64,000 nt of DNA from Fidelibacterota bacterium (GTDB lineage Bacteria > Fidelibacterota > UBA2242): assembly GCA_049975265.1 (NCBI GenBank), contig JBNGDF010000005.1, positions 2,780 through 66,779 on the forward strand. Reading direction: 5' to 3'. The translations under genes and the position numbers were made by a program. Positions 1 to 10,037 of this stretch are shown here, piece after piece; position 1 is the stretch's first letter; every line of letters begins with the position of its first letter. The notes under the pieces are model-generated. The model had not been told where the DNA came from and did no database searches. It worked only from the letters and a program-made list of their open reading frames with translations.

Positions 1-589
1 AAAGTACAACGTGCGTCTGATGGTGGATGATGCCCACTCCATCGGAGTCCTGGGTCCGCAGGGAAACGGAACTGCAGCGCATTTCGGGGTGACCGACCAG
101 GTGGACCTGATCATGGGTACCTTTTCCAAGTCCTTCGGTGCGGTAGGCGGTTTTATTGCCGGCGATAAGGAGGTGATTGACTACATCCAGCACAATTCCC
201 GCAGCATGATTTTTACCGCCAGTTTGCCGCCCAGCGTGGTGGCGTCAACCCGGGCGGCGCTTGAGATTATTAAAAATGAGCCCGAACGCCGTCAGCGATT
301 GTGGGAAATCGGTGATTATATGCGCACAGGATTTCAGGGAATGGGCTTCGACACCAGCGTCAGCGAGACTCCGGTGGTGCCGGTGGTTATTGGCGATAAT
401 ATGAAAACCTTTCTGTTCTGGAAGTCCCTTTTTGAAGAGGGTGTCTATACCAATGCCGTCATTTATCCGGCGGTGCCCAGCGACTCCGCCCGCCTGCGCA
501 CCAGCTATATCGCCACACATACTCAGGAACAATTGGATTTTGTTCTGGAGAAATTTCATAAAATCGGGAAAGAACTGGGCGTCATCTGA
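1..589 (+). CDS. PLP-dependent alpha-oxoamine synthase (AONS/serine palmitoyltransferase family), 5' partial
   Basis: DDAHSIG motif and PLP-lysine motif GTFSKS; frame open to the window edge. Confidence 0.85.
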   Translation, partial: KYNVRLMVDDAHSIGVLGPQGNGTAAHFGVTDQVDLIMGTFSKSFGAVGGFIAGDKEVIDYIQHNSRSMIFTASLPPSVVASTRAALEIIKNEPERRQRLWEIGDYMRTGFQGMGFDTSVSETPVVPVVIGDNMKTFLFWKSLFEEGVYTNAVIYPAVPSDSARLRTSYIATHTQEQLDFVLEKFHKIGKELGVI

Positions 590-610
590 GTCCGACGCCC
601 GTTTAGGAAA

Positions 611-2302
611 TTGCAATACAGCCGATCCAAAGCCGTGATTCGATTTTTCCGGTCTATGTTAATATCCGGCGGTCTGGCGGTTTTGCTGGGATGTGCGGCG
701 CAGGGACCGCCCAGCGGGGGTCCGGAAGATAAGACCGGACCGGCACTGCTGTCATCGATTCCCGCTGACGGCAGTGTCAATGTCAGCCGGCAAACGGATA
801 TCGTACTGCTCTTTTCGGAGAATGTCGATCCCCGTTCTGCTGAGAATAGTCTGGAGATGACCCCGGCTCTGCCACAGCTGCCGGTCGTCAAGGTGAACCG
901 CCGGCGGATCGCCATCGAATGCCCGGAACCGCTTGCGGAAAACACGACCTATATCATCAGCTTCGGACGCAGTATCCGGGATTATCAGAATAACTATTCG
1001 GAACGAAATATCCGGCTGGCATTTTCCACCGGCGATTCCATCGATGGAGGCAGCATCAGCGGACGAGTGTTTGACATTCCGCAAAAACACAAACCCCAGG
1101 TCTGGGCATTCCGCAGAGCCGACGGTTTTCCCGATTCGCTGCTCGGTCACCAGCCCGATTACAGAACGGCGGTGGAACCGGACGGCTCCTTCCGTTTGTC
1201 AAACCTGGCACGTGGGGTATACCGCCTGCTGGCGATTTCCGCAGAAACGGCGAAAATTATCCTGATTGATGAACACTGCCTCTTCGGGCTGCCTGCGCTC
1301 GATCCCATTGACATCAGATCCAGAGATGCCTCGGTCTCGGGAGTGAACTTCCGGCTGAGCCGCTTTTATCTGAAACCCTTCCGATTATTAAAAGTCAGTC
1401 CGCTTGAAGACAAACTCGGGTTGCTTTTTTCCTATCCGGTGGAATGGAAAAGTCATCCTCATGCGGATATTCGGATCGATAACGATGCCCAAATCCAGTC
1501 GTTCTGGCTGGATTATGCCGATCCCAAATTACTGCTGGTGAAAGCGCGCGGAATGGTGCCCGGACAGGAATACTCGCTGACGGTGGACAGCCTGTTTGAC
1601 GACCAGGGAAATGAGATAAGCGCCTCCGCAACGGCGATTTTTGTGTATGAAACCGGTGAAGATACAACCGCCCCGAACATTGCCGCAACAATTCCCGCCA
1701 ACGGAGCTAAAAATATTCCCCAAGATACGGATATCCGGATATTCTTTGATGAGGCAGTTCGTCTGGAGATGACGGACAGTACGGCTATGATTGTGGATAA
1801 AGACAGCAATCGGGTGGAATTTGAATACCGACAGGATGACGCCAACTCTATGCGGCTGATACCTTTGTTGCCGCTGGCATCGGCGACGGAATACTGTCTG
1901 CAGCTGGACTGCTCAAGCTGGACAGACCTCTCCGGTAATTCATTTGAGGATTCACTCTTTTCCATATCGTTTCAAACGGTGGACGCCAACAGCTTCGGCA
2001 GTATTTCGGGCAGGGTCGCAATTACCGACTCCCTGGCAAGCCGGGTGATGCTGAGCTGTGTACCGGTCAGGGAGAATGAGCCGGCGGTGAGCGTTCCGGT
2101 GCCGGAGAGCGGTGAATACCTGATTGAATCGTTGCTGCCCGGTGATTATCGCTTTGAAATCTGGGAGGATCGCAACGGGAACGGGCGCTGGGATCCAGGG
2201 CGGCTCAAGCCTTTTCAGGCGGCAGAACCCTACCGCAGCTTTTCCGAAAAGATCGGTGTGCGAGCCCGCTGGGAAACCATCGAAGTGAATTGGAGATACT
2301 GA
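611..2302 (+). CDS. Lipoprotein with two Big_5 Ig-like domains and carboxypeptidase-regulatory-like domains; true start probably 635 (GTG) or 656 (ATG)
   Basis: Lipobox LLGC followed by AAQGPPSGGPEDKTGP; second DTTAP.I..TIPANG Big_5 unit; DRNGNGRWDPG near C-terminus. Confidence 0.8.
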   Translation: MQYSRSKAVIRFFRSMLISGGLAVLLGCAAQGPPSGGPEDKTGPALLSSIPADGSVNVSRQTDIVLLFSENVDPRSAENSLEMTPALPQLPVVKVNRRRIAIECPEPLAENTTYIISFGRSIRDYQNNYSERNIRLAFSTGDSIDGGSISGRVFDIPQKHKPQVWAFRRADGFPDSLLGHQPDYRTAVEPDGSFRLSNLARGVYRLLAISAETAKIILIDEHCLFGLPALDPIDIRSRDASVSGVNFRLSRFYLKPFRLLKVSPLEDKLGLLFSYPVEWKSHPHADIRIDNDAQIQSFWLDYADPKLLLVKARGMVPGQEYSLTVDSLFDDQGNEISASATAIFVYETGEDTTAPNIAATIPANGAKNIPQDTDIRIFFDEAVRLEMTDSTAMIVDKDSNRVEFEYRQDDANSMRLIPLLPLASATEYCLQLDCSSWTDLSGNSFEDSLFSISFQTVDANSFGSISGRVAITDSLASRVMLSCVPVRENEPAVSVPVPESGEYLIESLLPGDYRFEIWEDRNGNGRWDPGRLKPFQAAEPYRSFSEKIGVRARWETIEVNWRY

Positions 2303-2303
2303 T

Positions 2304-3071
2304 ATGAAGGTGACATTTTGGAAGGTGGAAGCCGCCGGCAACGATTTTATTATCATCGATTACCGCATGCCTTTTTTGAAAGAGCAACCGGCGGAGCTGG
2401 CCAGACGTCTGACACACCGCCGGCTGGGCATTGGTGCCGACGGTCTGATTCTGATTGAGCGCAGTCCCGGGGTGGATTTTTTCATGAATTTTTACAATGC
2501 CGACGGCAGCGGACCGGTGATGTGTGGCAACGGCGCCCGGGCGGCGCTGTTCTTTGTCTGCGCCAGTGGCATGATTTGCCGGGAAGAATACTGCTTTAAA
2601 GCGTCCGACGGCGTTCATCGGGGAGAGATCAAAAACAACCGGGTGGCGCTGACTATCAATCAGCCCGGCAGAATTGAGCCAGTGCAGCTGGGCGCAGAAA
2701 CCGCCTATCTAGTTGATACCGGAGTGCCCCATCTGGTCCGGTTTTGCAATGATGTAGATTCACTGGATATTACCGAAGAAGCACCGGATTTGCGGAAGCG
2801 ATATAACGCCAATATCAATTATATTGAAAAAACGGGTGACGGCGGCTGGAAAATCAGGACCTGGGAGCGGGGCGTTGAGGGTGAAACGCTGGCTTGCGGA
2901 ACCGGTGCAACGGCATCGGCGGTGACGATTCACAAAATCTGTGGTGAATCGTTTCCCGTCACGCTGTGGGCGCGCGGCGGCGAGCTGATTATTCATCAGA
3001 AAGAAAATGAGCTCTGGTTGACGGGACCGGTGCGCAAAGTGTTTGACGGAACATTCACGCTTAATGAATAG
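2304..3071 (+). CDS. dapF: Diaminopimelate epimerase
   Basis: GNDF, GIGADG, MCGNG, DTGVPH and ERGVEGETLACGTG motifs with both catalytic Cys. Confidence 0.95.
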   Translation: MKVTFWKVEAAGNDFIIIDYRMPFLKEQPAELARRLTHRRLGIGADGLILIERSPGVDFFMNFYNADGSGPVMCGNGARAALFFVCASGMICREEYCFKASDGVHRGEIKNNRVALTINQPGRIEPVQLGAETAYLVDTGVPHLVRFCNDVDSLDITEEAPDLRKRYNANINYIEKTGDGGWKIRTWERGVEGETLACGTGATASAVTIHKICGESFPVTLWARGGELIIHQKENELWLTGPVRKVFDGTFTLNE

Positions 3072-3087
3072 AAACGGGGGAGATGTT

Positions 3088-4155
3088 ATGTATGCAGTGA
3101 TAATGGCTGGCGGAGTCGGAAAACGTTTCTGGCCGCGCAGCCGGAAAGACCGTCCCAAACAACTGCTCGATATTGTATCCGATCAACCCATGCTGCGGCT
3201 TACTTACGAACGCATGAAAAAGATCGCCGAAGAGAAAAAAATTTATATTGTTGCCGGTCAGAATCTGGCGGAGGATATTATCCGCGAAATCCCGGAACTG
3301 CCCGAGCGGAATCTGATTGTCGAGCCCAGCGGAAAGAATACGGCACCCTGTATCGGTCTGGCGGCGACGACCGTTGTCCAGAAGGATCCGAATGCCGTCA
3401 TGGGCATTTTCCCGGCGGATCATTTAATCAACGATGTCAGAGCCTTTAAAAGAGCGGTCAATCAGGGGGTGCAATTTGCCCGGGACCACGTCGCATTGGT
3501 GACCTTCGGCATAGCACCCACCCGCCCGGCGACAGGCTATGGCTATATTCAGTTCAGCAAAAAAGAGACGGCGTACAAAGGTGTGATTTACAAGGTAAAA
3601 ACCTTTGCGGAGAAGCCCAATCTGGCGACAGCCCAGCGCTTTTTGGACAGCGGCGAATTTTTATGGAACAGTGGTATCTTTATCTGGAAAGCCGAAAATA
3701 TTCTCAATGCAATGAAGCTCTTCCTGCCGGAGATGTACGAGAGCCTGGAGCAGATCGGGGCGGCGGTGGATACGTCGAAATACAAGACAGTATTGAAAAA
3801 ACAGTGGGCGACGATTCACAGTAATTCCATTGATTACGGCGTCATGGAGAAAGCGAAAAATGTCTTTGTGGTGAAGGCGAACTTCGACTGGAGTGATGTC
3901 GGCAGCTGGGATGCGGTGTATGAATTGCAAAAGAAAGATAAAAACGGAAATGTTCTCATCGGTGAGATCGTCCCGATTGACACGGAAAACTCTTATATCT
4001 ATTCCCGGAAAAACCTGATTGCGGCGATCGGTGTCAGGGATTTGATCATTATTCAATCCAAAAATTCTATTCTGATTGTGCCGCGCCATCAGTCCGAGCG
4101 GGTCAAGGAGCTGGTAGACCTGCTGGAACGGGAAGAATTTACGGATCATCTGTAG
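3088..4155 (+). CDS. manC: Mannose-1-phosphate guanylyltransferase
   Basis: AVIMAGGVGKRFWP.SR..RPKQ, GKNTAP, TGYGYI, FAEKP, WNSG, SIDYGVMEK, WSDVGSW; ATG 3088 follows a GGGGGAG SD. Confidence 0.92.
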   Translation: MYAVIMAGGVGKRFWPRSRKDRPKQLLDIVSDQPMLRLTYERMKKIAEEKKIYIVAGQNLAEDIIREIPELPERNLIVEPSGKNTAPCIGLAATTVVQKDPNAVMGIFPADHLINDVRAFKRAVNQGVQFARDHVALVTFGIAPTRPATGYGYIQFSKKETAYKGVIYKVKTFAEKPNLATAQRFLDSGEFLWNSGIFIWKAENILNAMKLFLPEMYESLEQIGAAVDTSKYKTVLKKQWATIHSNSIDYGVMEKAKNVFVVKANFDWSDVGSWDAVYELQKKDKNGNVLIGEIVPIDTENSYIYSRKNLIAAIGVRDLIIIQSKNSILIVPRHQSERVKELVDLLEREEFTDHL

Positions 4156-4158
4156 ATA

Positions 4159-4440
4159 ATGGCGCTGAAAAGTTCCCTAGCAAAGCTGGCAGCCCGGAAA
4201 ACAGAACTTGAGGATATGCTGGAGAAACTCGGCTACTCTGTGGTGTATGGCAAGGGCGACTTCAAGGAGGGTACCTGTCTGATTGAACATGAGAAGAGGG
4301 TGGTTATCAATGAATATACACCGCTGGATTTACAGGTGGATTTTTTAATTGGGGTAGCGAGTCGCCTGGATTTATCCAATGTGTATGTTCTGCCGGCGCT
4401 GCGGGAGCTTATTGAAGCAAAGAGGACGCTTTTTGATTAG
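4159..4440 (+). CDS. Small hypothetical protein
   Basis: 93-aa ORF 3 nt after manC; KGDFKEGTCLI motif; coding-like composition. Confidence 0.7.
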   Translation: MALKSSLAKLAARKTELEDMLEKLGYSVVYGKGDFKEGTCLIEHEKRVVINEYTPLDLQVDFLIGVASRLDLSNVYVLPALRELIEAKRTLFD

Positions 4441-6625
4441 CGGGTCGCAGGGTAATCATCCTCGCATTCCCCCGGATCAATGTCAGGCGATTCCCCGATA
4501 GCAGCTGACGGCGAATACCGTTGATAATCCTTTCCCGGCTGATCCTGTTGCGGCGTTGCAGGCGGACCGAATAATGTTGAATCAGCGGTTCGGATGCCAG
4601 TGTCACCAGGAAACGGGTTTTTGTGATCCGGTCAGCCGGAATCAGCTCCGTTGCCCGCCACTGAGAGATGTTGGGTGAATGCATTTCAGCAAGAGAATTG
4701 ACGGCTTCTGTGAAAGCGCTGACGACAATATCCTTGCGCCGCTCAACGGTAGTGGGGGTGCGGATATTATCGAACCATGAAGATTCGCCTTTTTGCAAAA
4801 GATACATAGTGTTGAGAAACAGTTCCTGCTTTAGATGGATAAACTGGTCATAAAGCTGCGGATCGCTGAGCTCCAGTTCGTCGCGATAGATGTTTTCATA
4901 TAATTTATAGAGAAATGTCTCAAAAAGTACCGCTTCCGGACCCGCCGGATCATTTTCGCAATTCCATTCCGTTAAAAGCTGAAACGCCTGCCTCTGAAGA
5001 GGGTGGTGCAGGTCGGCAGGACGGATGATTTCTTTTATAAAAGGCAGCATCACTTTGGCATTCCGGTTTGGAGCGACGGTGAGTATATTCCGGAGGGAGG
5101 CGGGACGGGTGCCGGTGACCGGATCGATGCAGACCGAGGTATCGTTGTTGAATGTCGGAAATGAGTAGTAGTGCACAATAGAGCCGCCTTTGGGATTGAA
5201 ATTGCGGAAAAGGTGGTGCACCGGACTGTTGAAACCGGGTTCAAAGCAGCGCGATGGCGCCGGAATACAGCTGATATTGTATACCTCTTCCAGATCGGAA
5301 ACGTATCGGGTGGTGCCGATGTTACCCCGGATGTCAGTATAGTCCCATTCGGCGGCGGGTAGCATCTGCTGGCGGACCGCCTCTTTGAAGAGGTCCCAGC
5401 TGTCGGCATGCAGGAGTAGTTGAAGCCCTTTCAGATCGTCGGAGAACAAAAATCCCTTCCAGTGGATTGAGATTGCCTGTTGTGGGGTCAGTTCCTGAAT
5501 TATGGGAGCGATCAGCGGACCGTAGCGGGTCTTTTTGACGGTGAAGGTGGTGTCTTTGCCGTTGCGGACGCGGATTGTTTCCTGCCGGGTGTCGAAGTCG
5601 ATCCAGCGATTTTCGTGCAGATAACGCTCATTCAGCACCGACGTCAGAATGAATTCGAGGTTGTCGGTGGGATAGATCGCCCGGTTCCAGGCGATAGTGG
5701 AGTTATGTCCGCAGAAGATTGCCGGTATTCCGGGGAGGCTGAATCCGCTCACGTGGATCCCAGGGGCATTCAGTTCGACAAGGCTGTGGTAATCGTTCAT
5801 GAAAGCGGGCAGTTCACCACCCAGAGCGGCGCGTCGGTCGGTATTCTGATTGGCATTCAAAACCCAGCTATGACCCAGATCGGGGATGCTTATATTCAAC
5901 AGGTTCAGCATATCCAGATGGCAGCCGAGCATTTTATTTAAATCAGGGAAAAGGAGGGTGTTATATATTGGAACGCCTGTGGAGGGCAGGTTGGTAACCG
6001 CCGGGAAACCGTCGCGGACTTTTTCCGGACCATAGATTTCCAGGAGTTTATAGAAGACAATCTTTTTCACCAGCTGGTCCGACAGCGACCAGGCGAGCAG
6101 CCGTTGGATCGCCAGACAGTCCGACGGTTGCCAGTGCGATGGAGAGTATCCTTTGAGTTTAAATGTCCGTGGCAGATGGTGGACATTTTGGTTGATAAAG
6201 GCATTGATACCGTGGCAGTAGGCGTTGAGCGTCTGCCATCCCGTCGAATCAATCTCTCCAATGAAATTGCCTGCCAGCTCGGCAAAGCCGAGAGTGCGGG
6301 TGTAAACATCAATATTGAGATACTGGTTACCAAACACTTCGCTGAGTGTGCCGTTGGCGGTGCGCAGAAAAAGGTCCATGCGAGGCAGGAATTGGGAGGC
6401 GTGGAGATACCCCAGTGCCCGATAGAGGTCGGCGCTGTTTCGGGCAAACAGGTGAAAAAGATTGTCATTATCAATGAGCAGCTCCACCGGCTCCTTCAGT
6501 TCGGGCAAAACCAGTGAACCCTCCTTGGGCAGTTGTGCCTCCTGAAAATAGAACCAGAGCCCGCCGCCGATGATGGTTAGCAGGAACAGAGTGAAGTATA
6601 TGATCTGCCGGGTGATGCGTTTCAT
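4409..6625 (-). CDS. Penicillin acylase family (Ntn-hydrolase) homologue, apparently degenerate active site
   Basis: N-terminal membrane anchor; ALGYLHA, GTLSEVFG, LNAYCHGINAFI, SLPGIP, GHNSTIAW, TRYGP, YTDIRGNIG motifs; canonical GSNNW and ANDPHL replaced. Confidence 0.8.
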   Translation of the reverse strand: MKRITRQIIYFTLFLLTIIGGGLWFYFQEAQLPKEGSLVLPELKEPVELLIDNDNLFHLFARNSADLYRALGYLHASQFLPRMDLFLRTANGTLSEVFGNQYLNIDVYTRTLGFAELAGNFIGEIDSTGWQTLNAYCHGINAFINQNVHHLPRTFKLKGYSPSHWQPSDCLAIQRLLAWSLSDQLVKKIVFYKLLEIYGPEKVRDGFPAVTNLPSTGVPIYNTLLFPDLNKMLGCHLDMLNLLNISIPDLGHSWVLNANQNTDRRAALGGELPAFMNDYHSLVELNAPGIHVSGFSLPGIPAIFCGHNSTIAWNRAIYPTDNLEFILTSVLNERYLHENRWIDFDTRQETIRVRNGKDTTFTVKKTRYGPLIAPIIQELTPQQAISIHWKGFLFSDDLKGLQLLLHADSWDLFKEAVRQQMLPAAEWDYTDIRGNIGTTRYVSDLEEVYNISCIPAPSRCFEPGFNSPVHHLFRNFNPKGGSIVHYYSFPTFNNDTSVCIDPVTGTRPASLRNILTVAPNRNAKVMLPFIKEIIRPADLHHPLQRQAFQLLTEWNCENDPAGPEAVLFETFLYKLYENIYRDELELSDPQLYDQFIHLKQELFLNTMYLLQKGESSWFDNIRTPTTVERRKDIVVSAFTEAVNSLAEMHSPNISQWRATELIPADRITKTRFLVTLASEPLIQHYSVRLQRRNRISRERIINGIRRQLLSGNRLTLIRGNARMITLRPANQKASSLLQ

Positions 6626-6628
6626 GGA

Positions 6629-7780
6629 TTAATCGTGATCCAGCCGGCGAGCCAGCGCGGTGGCAAAATCGGCGGTCTGCCGGATGGTTTTTTCATCAAT
6701 ATTTTCGTTGGTGTCGGTGTACCAGTGCCAGTTGGGGATAAGTCCTTCATGATCGAGAGCAATCAGGGTTGTGCAGCGGTAACCTCGTTGAGCAAAGATG
6801 AGAGTGTCGAAGTAAGCCCGGCGGTATTCGAGAGGTAGGACATTTTTGAATTGCGGGGATTGCGCCAATATCTGGCATTGATTGATCAAATCCTCATCGA
6901 AAGTATAAAATAATAACATACCCTCACCGGTAACGTAGTGCAGATTTCCATAGCCGACATTGTCGATGTTGATAATATCGGTGTTTTCCGGTGACAGCTC
7001 CGCCCAGTGTTTTCGGAAAAAGGCTTTGGCGCCCTGAATGCCAGCCTCTTCACAGCCGGTGAAAACAATCCAGAGATTGGAGTGTTGCAGAGACTGTTTC
7101 CGTAGTTTGGCGATTACCGCAAAGACCGCGGCGACGCCCGAAGCATTGTCGTTGGCACCGGGAACGAATTTGTGGTAAATTTCACGTTGGATGTGAATGA
7201 TGACATTGACAAGATGAACACCTGAAAGAGCCAGACAGATCAGTTTGAACCAGAGCGATGTGCCCCAATATTCACCCAGATAAGCCCAGATGATCGAGAT
7301 AATCCCGGTATAGGTATTTAACAGGAAGGAGTGCCGGAAATTTTTGACCCTTTTGGGTGCGAATACTGCCGATGCCCGGGCGCTGTCATAGTGTGCCATG
7401 AGGAGGATATCGTGGTCTTCCCCGGTCTCTGCTGGAATTCGGGCGACGACATTTTGGGATCGTTTTTTAGGGATCAGAGGGCTGAAAATTGTTGCGCGAC
7501 TTGTGAAATGCCGGACGTAATTCCAGAAACCCAACAAGACGATGGCGGTTCCGAGCTTCGAAAGAAAAGGGCTGACCAGCAAGCCGGCGATCATGGTGAG
7601 GGAGATGAGGATGACTTCCCAGGAGTAGGAAGTGGCGGCTTGGAAGGGTTCGATTTGGGTGGCAATATTCAGCTGCTCGAGCTGTTGGTGCAGGATTTCA
7701 GCCGCCTGTTGCTCCTCTTTTGAGGTAGCTCCCCGGTGGGGCAGACCGGTTAGTTTTTGGAGGATATCCGGAATGTTCAT
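6629..7780 (-). CDS. M28 family metallopeptidase with transmembrane segments
   Basis: AHYDS, GANDNASGV, GCEEAG, NIDNVG, WHWYTD zinc motifs plus hydrophobic helices. Confidence 0.88.
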   Translation of the reverse strand: MNIPDILQKLTGLPHRGATSKEEQQAAEILHQQLEQLNIATQIEPFQAATSYSWEVILISLTMIAGLLVSPFLSKLGTAIVLLGFWNYVRHFTSRATIFSPLIPKKRSQNVVARIPAETGEDHDILLMAHYDSARASAVFAPKRVKNFRHSFLLNTYTGIISIIWAYLGEYWGTSLWFKLICLALSGVHLVNVIIHIQREIYHKFVPGANDNASGVAAVFAVIAKLRKQSLQHSNLWIVFTGCEEAGIQGAKAFFRKHWAELSPENTDIINIDNVGYGNLHYVTGEGMLLFYTFDEDLINQCQILAQSPQFKNVLPLEYRRAYFDTLIFAQRGYRCTTLIALDHEGLIPNWHWYTDTNENIDEKTIRQTADFATALARRLDHD

Positions 7781-7878
7781 AACGAGACAAATATAGGGGT
7801 TTTTAGAGGATGCTACAAGAGGAGAAAAAAAGTTTTTGCTTTTGGTGAATATATTCTAAATTAGACCGCTTTTTAAGT

Positions 7879-7951
7879 GGCGAGGTAGCTCAGTCGGTAG
7901 AGCAGGGGACTGAAAATCCCTGTGTCGGCGGTTCGATTCCGTCCCTCGCCA
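7879..7951 (+). tRNA. tRNA-Phe (GAA); CCA not encoded
   Basis: Acceptor stem GGCGAGG/CCTCGCC, D-arm AGCTCAGTCGGTAGAGC, anticodon arm GGGGA-CTGAAAA-TCCC, T-arm GTTCGATTC. Confidence 0.97.
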
Positions 7952-7953
7952 CG

Positions 7954-7985
7954 CCGATTTATCCCGGGCAATCGGGGTTTTTTTT
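7954..7985 (+). terminator. Probable intrinsic terminator after tRNA-Phe
   Basis: CCGATT...AATCGG hairpin followed by a long T run. Confidence 0.6.
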
Positions 7986-8091
7986 ATTTTATTGGGGATT
8001 TCGATTTCAAATCGTTTCCCGTTCGGCGTAGCCAAGCGAAGCCGGGATTCCTCATTACACTATTTTATCCCGAAAAATCAACACCTTTTCT

Positions 8092-8684
8092 TCAAGAAGA
8101 AAGACGGAAATTTCCGGCCCTGCTTCCAATGGGATGGCTGTCTTGAACCTGATAGAAATATACACCCGAACTATATTCTGAAGCGTCCCATTGCTGCTGA
8201 TGAATACCGGAATTCTGGTATCAATAAACGAATTTTTCTACTAAATGACCATTGTTATTAAATGTTGTGAGACTGACGTTTGGTGGCTCACAAAGATTAT
8301 AGGAAATGGTCGGGACCGGATTGAATGGGTTTGGAGAATTCTGCAGAAGAGTGACTTTTTGGTGAGGATGAATGTTATGATCAACTCCGGTGTGCAAATC
8401 CCAACGGGTGGCTATAGAATATTCAATACCATTGAGTGCTTTTAAATAACCGGTATAATCGTATCCACAGATCTGGACCGTTGTTTTGCATTCCACCGCT
8501 GTATACCGGGTTACGGCTGACAGATTATTCACGGTGGTTGCTTTCATGAGAATTAATGGTTCATCCGATGATGCGGTTGCGGGGTGAGAACCGATTACCG
8601 CCAGACGTTCGCTATAGTTATCAAAAGAAAAGCTGATGTCCAATCCTACGTCCTGGATTGTAATATCGCCGATCTGAACAGTTA
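8092..8684 (-). pseudogene. Remnant of a secreted protein with C-terminal sorting (FlgD-like/T9SS-type) domain
   Basis: LLQNSPNPFNP...KFVY, TGA at 8221-8223, then in-frame YQNSGIHQQQWDASEYSSGVYFYQV; no signal peptide or convincing start. Confidence 0.7.
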
Positions 8685-10037
8685 TCAGTGATCGGTTTTG
8701 AAAACAACCGGAATTGAAATATAAACGCCTACCGGTTCACCGTTTTGTTCTGCCGGCTTGAACTTTACCTTTTTTATGGCTTCCATAGCGGCTTTTTCCA
8801 GACCTTTGAAACCGGGGGATATGAGAACCGTTACAGAATCCGATACATCGCCGTTTTTATCCACCAATGTCTGGACAACTACGGTGCCTTCATGTCCTGC
8901 CTCTTTTTCGGCTTGCGGATAGACAACCGCTTTCTGGATAGCCGCAAAACCGCCGATAGGTTCAGGGGGAGAATCGTAGGGAACAAATTTCGGGTCATTC
9001 ACTGCCGCTGTTTTTTCCGATGGATTCACCGGTGTGTTGTTATTTTGATTGTTGCAGGATAGAACAATCAGAATGATGGAAAGAAAAACGAGTGTGATTT
9101 TTTGAAATATTCCTAATTTCATTTGCAGCTCCTTTCCAAAATTGAATAGATATTCAAACCGCCGAATGATGGTTTTTTTTGAGAAAAAGAGACCGTTGGC
9201 GATTAAAGGCAGCCGGTGATGAACCAGGTAACTTTCCAAGTTGTCCATCAATGTTCTGCCGTATTTCGCAGGACTCTCACCCAATAATTGAATGGCAGTC
9301 GCATCACAGATTTTTTCACGTTGAAAGTTGATTTGGTGATTCGCCAGCCAGACCAGGGGATGGAAGAAATAGAGGATGTTTAGTACGTTCTGAACGCTGA
9401 TGGTCAGAATATCCCGGCGTTTGATATGGGCTAATTCGTGACAGAGCACATGGTTCATCTGTTGGGGCTTCCAGCGACTGGCGGATTCCGGCAGGTAAAT
9501 GACCGGCTTGCGGAAACCTTTGGTAAATGGTGCCGGGACGTCTGGGGAGGTGCATAATCGAATCGGTTTTAAGATTCCAATCCGCTGCTTTAATAGATGT
9601 AAATTACTGGATTTAATAAATGTTAAGGATCTACTCAGAGATGTAAAAAAGAGGCGTTCATTACGAATATATAAGAAGAGTAAAATCACAATACCGCATA
9701 GCCAGAGGATGAACAGGATTGACGGAATGGTTAATGAAATCGCCGAACTGGTTTGCGATGCAGCGCCCGCCTGAACCGTATCGAAACGAAAACCGAAGAA
9801 GGGAATGACCGGAATTGCGGAATGCTGCGTGAGAGGAAATTTGATAACCGGCAGAAGGATTGCTTTGAAGATAAACAGAGTCCAGATTGAATATAAAAAG
9901 ACGGGAGACTTTTTTCGGAGCAAGAGATTGAGAGCAAACAGAATCATAAATACAAGTGTCAGTTGCAATGATTGGCGAGCGATGATATTCAGCCAGCTCT
10001 CACCCACCCGGTTGAGTGTTGCGATCAGATCAGCCAT
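8685..10037 (-). CDS. BlaR1/M56 metallopeptidase fused to TonB C-terminal domain
   Basis: TM helices, HELAHIKRRD, FFHPLVW, REKICD; C-terminal YP..EK.AGHEGTVVV...KFKPAEQNGEPV.V.ISIPVVF; ATG 10037 overlaps blaI stop. Confidence 0.9.
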   Translation of the reverse strand: MADLIATLNRVGESWLNIIARQSLQLTLVFMILFALNLLLRKKSPVFLYSIWTLFIFKAILLPVIKFPLTQHSAIPVIPFFGFRFDTVQAGAASQTSSAISLTIPSILFILWLCGIVILLFLYIRNERLFFTSLSRSLTFIKSSNLHLLKQRIGILKPIRLCTSPDVPAPFTKGFRKPVIYLPESASRWKPQQMNHVLCHELAHIKRRDILTISVQNVLNILYFFHPLVWLANHQINFQREKICDATAIQLLGESPAKYGRTLMDNLESYLVHHRLPLIANGLFFSKKTIIRRFEYLFNFGKELQMKLGIFQKITLVFLSIILIVLSCNNQNNNTPVNPSEKTAAVNDPKFVPYDSPPEPIGGFAAIQKAVVYPQAEKEAGHEGTVVVQTLVDKNGDVSDSVTVLISPGFKGLEKAAMEAIKKVKFKPAEQNGEPVGVYISIPVVFKTDH

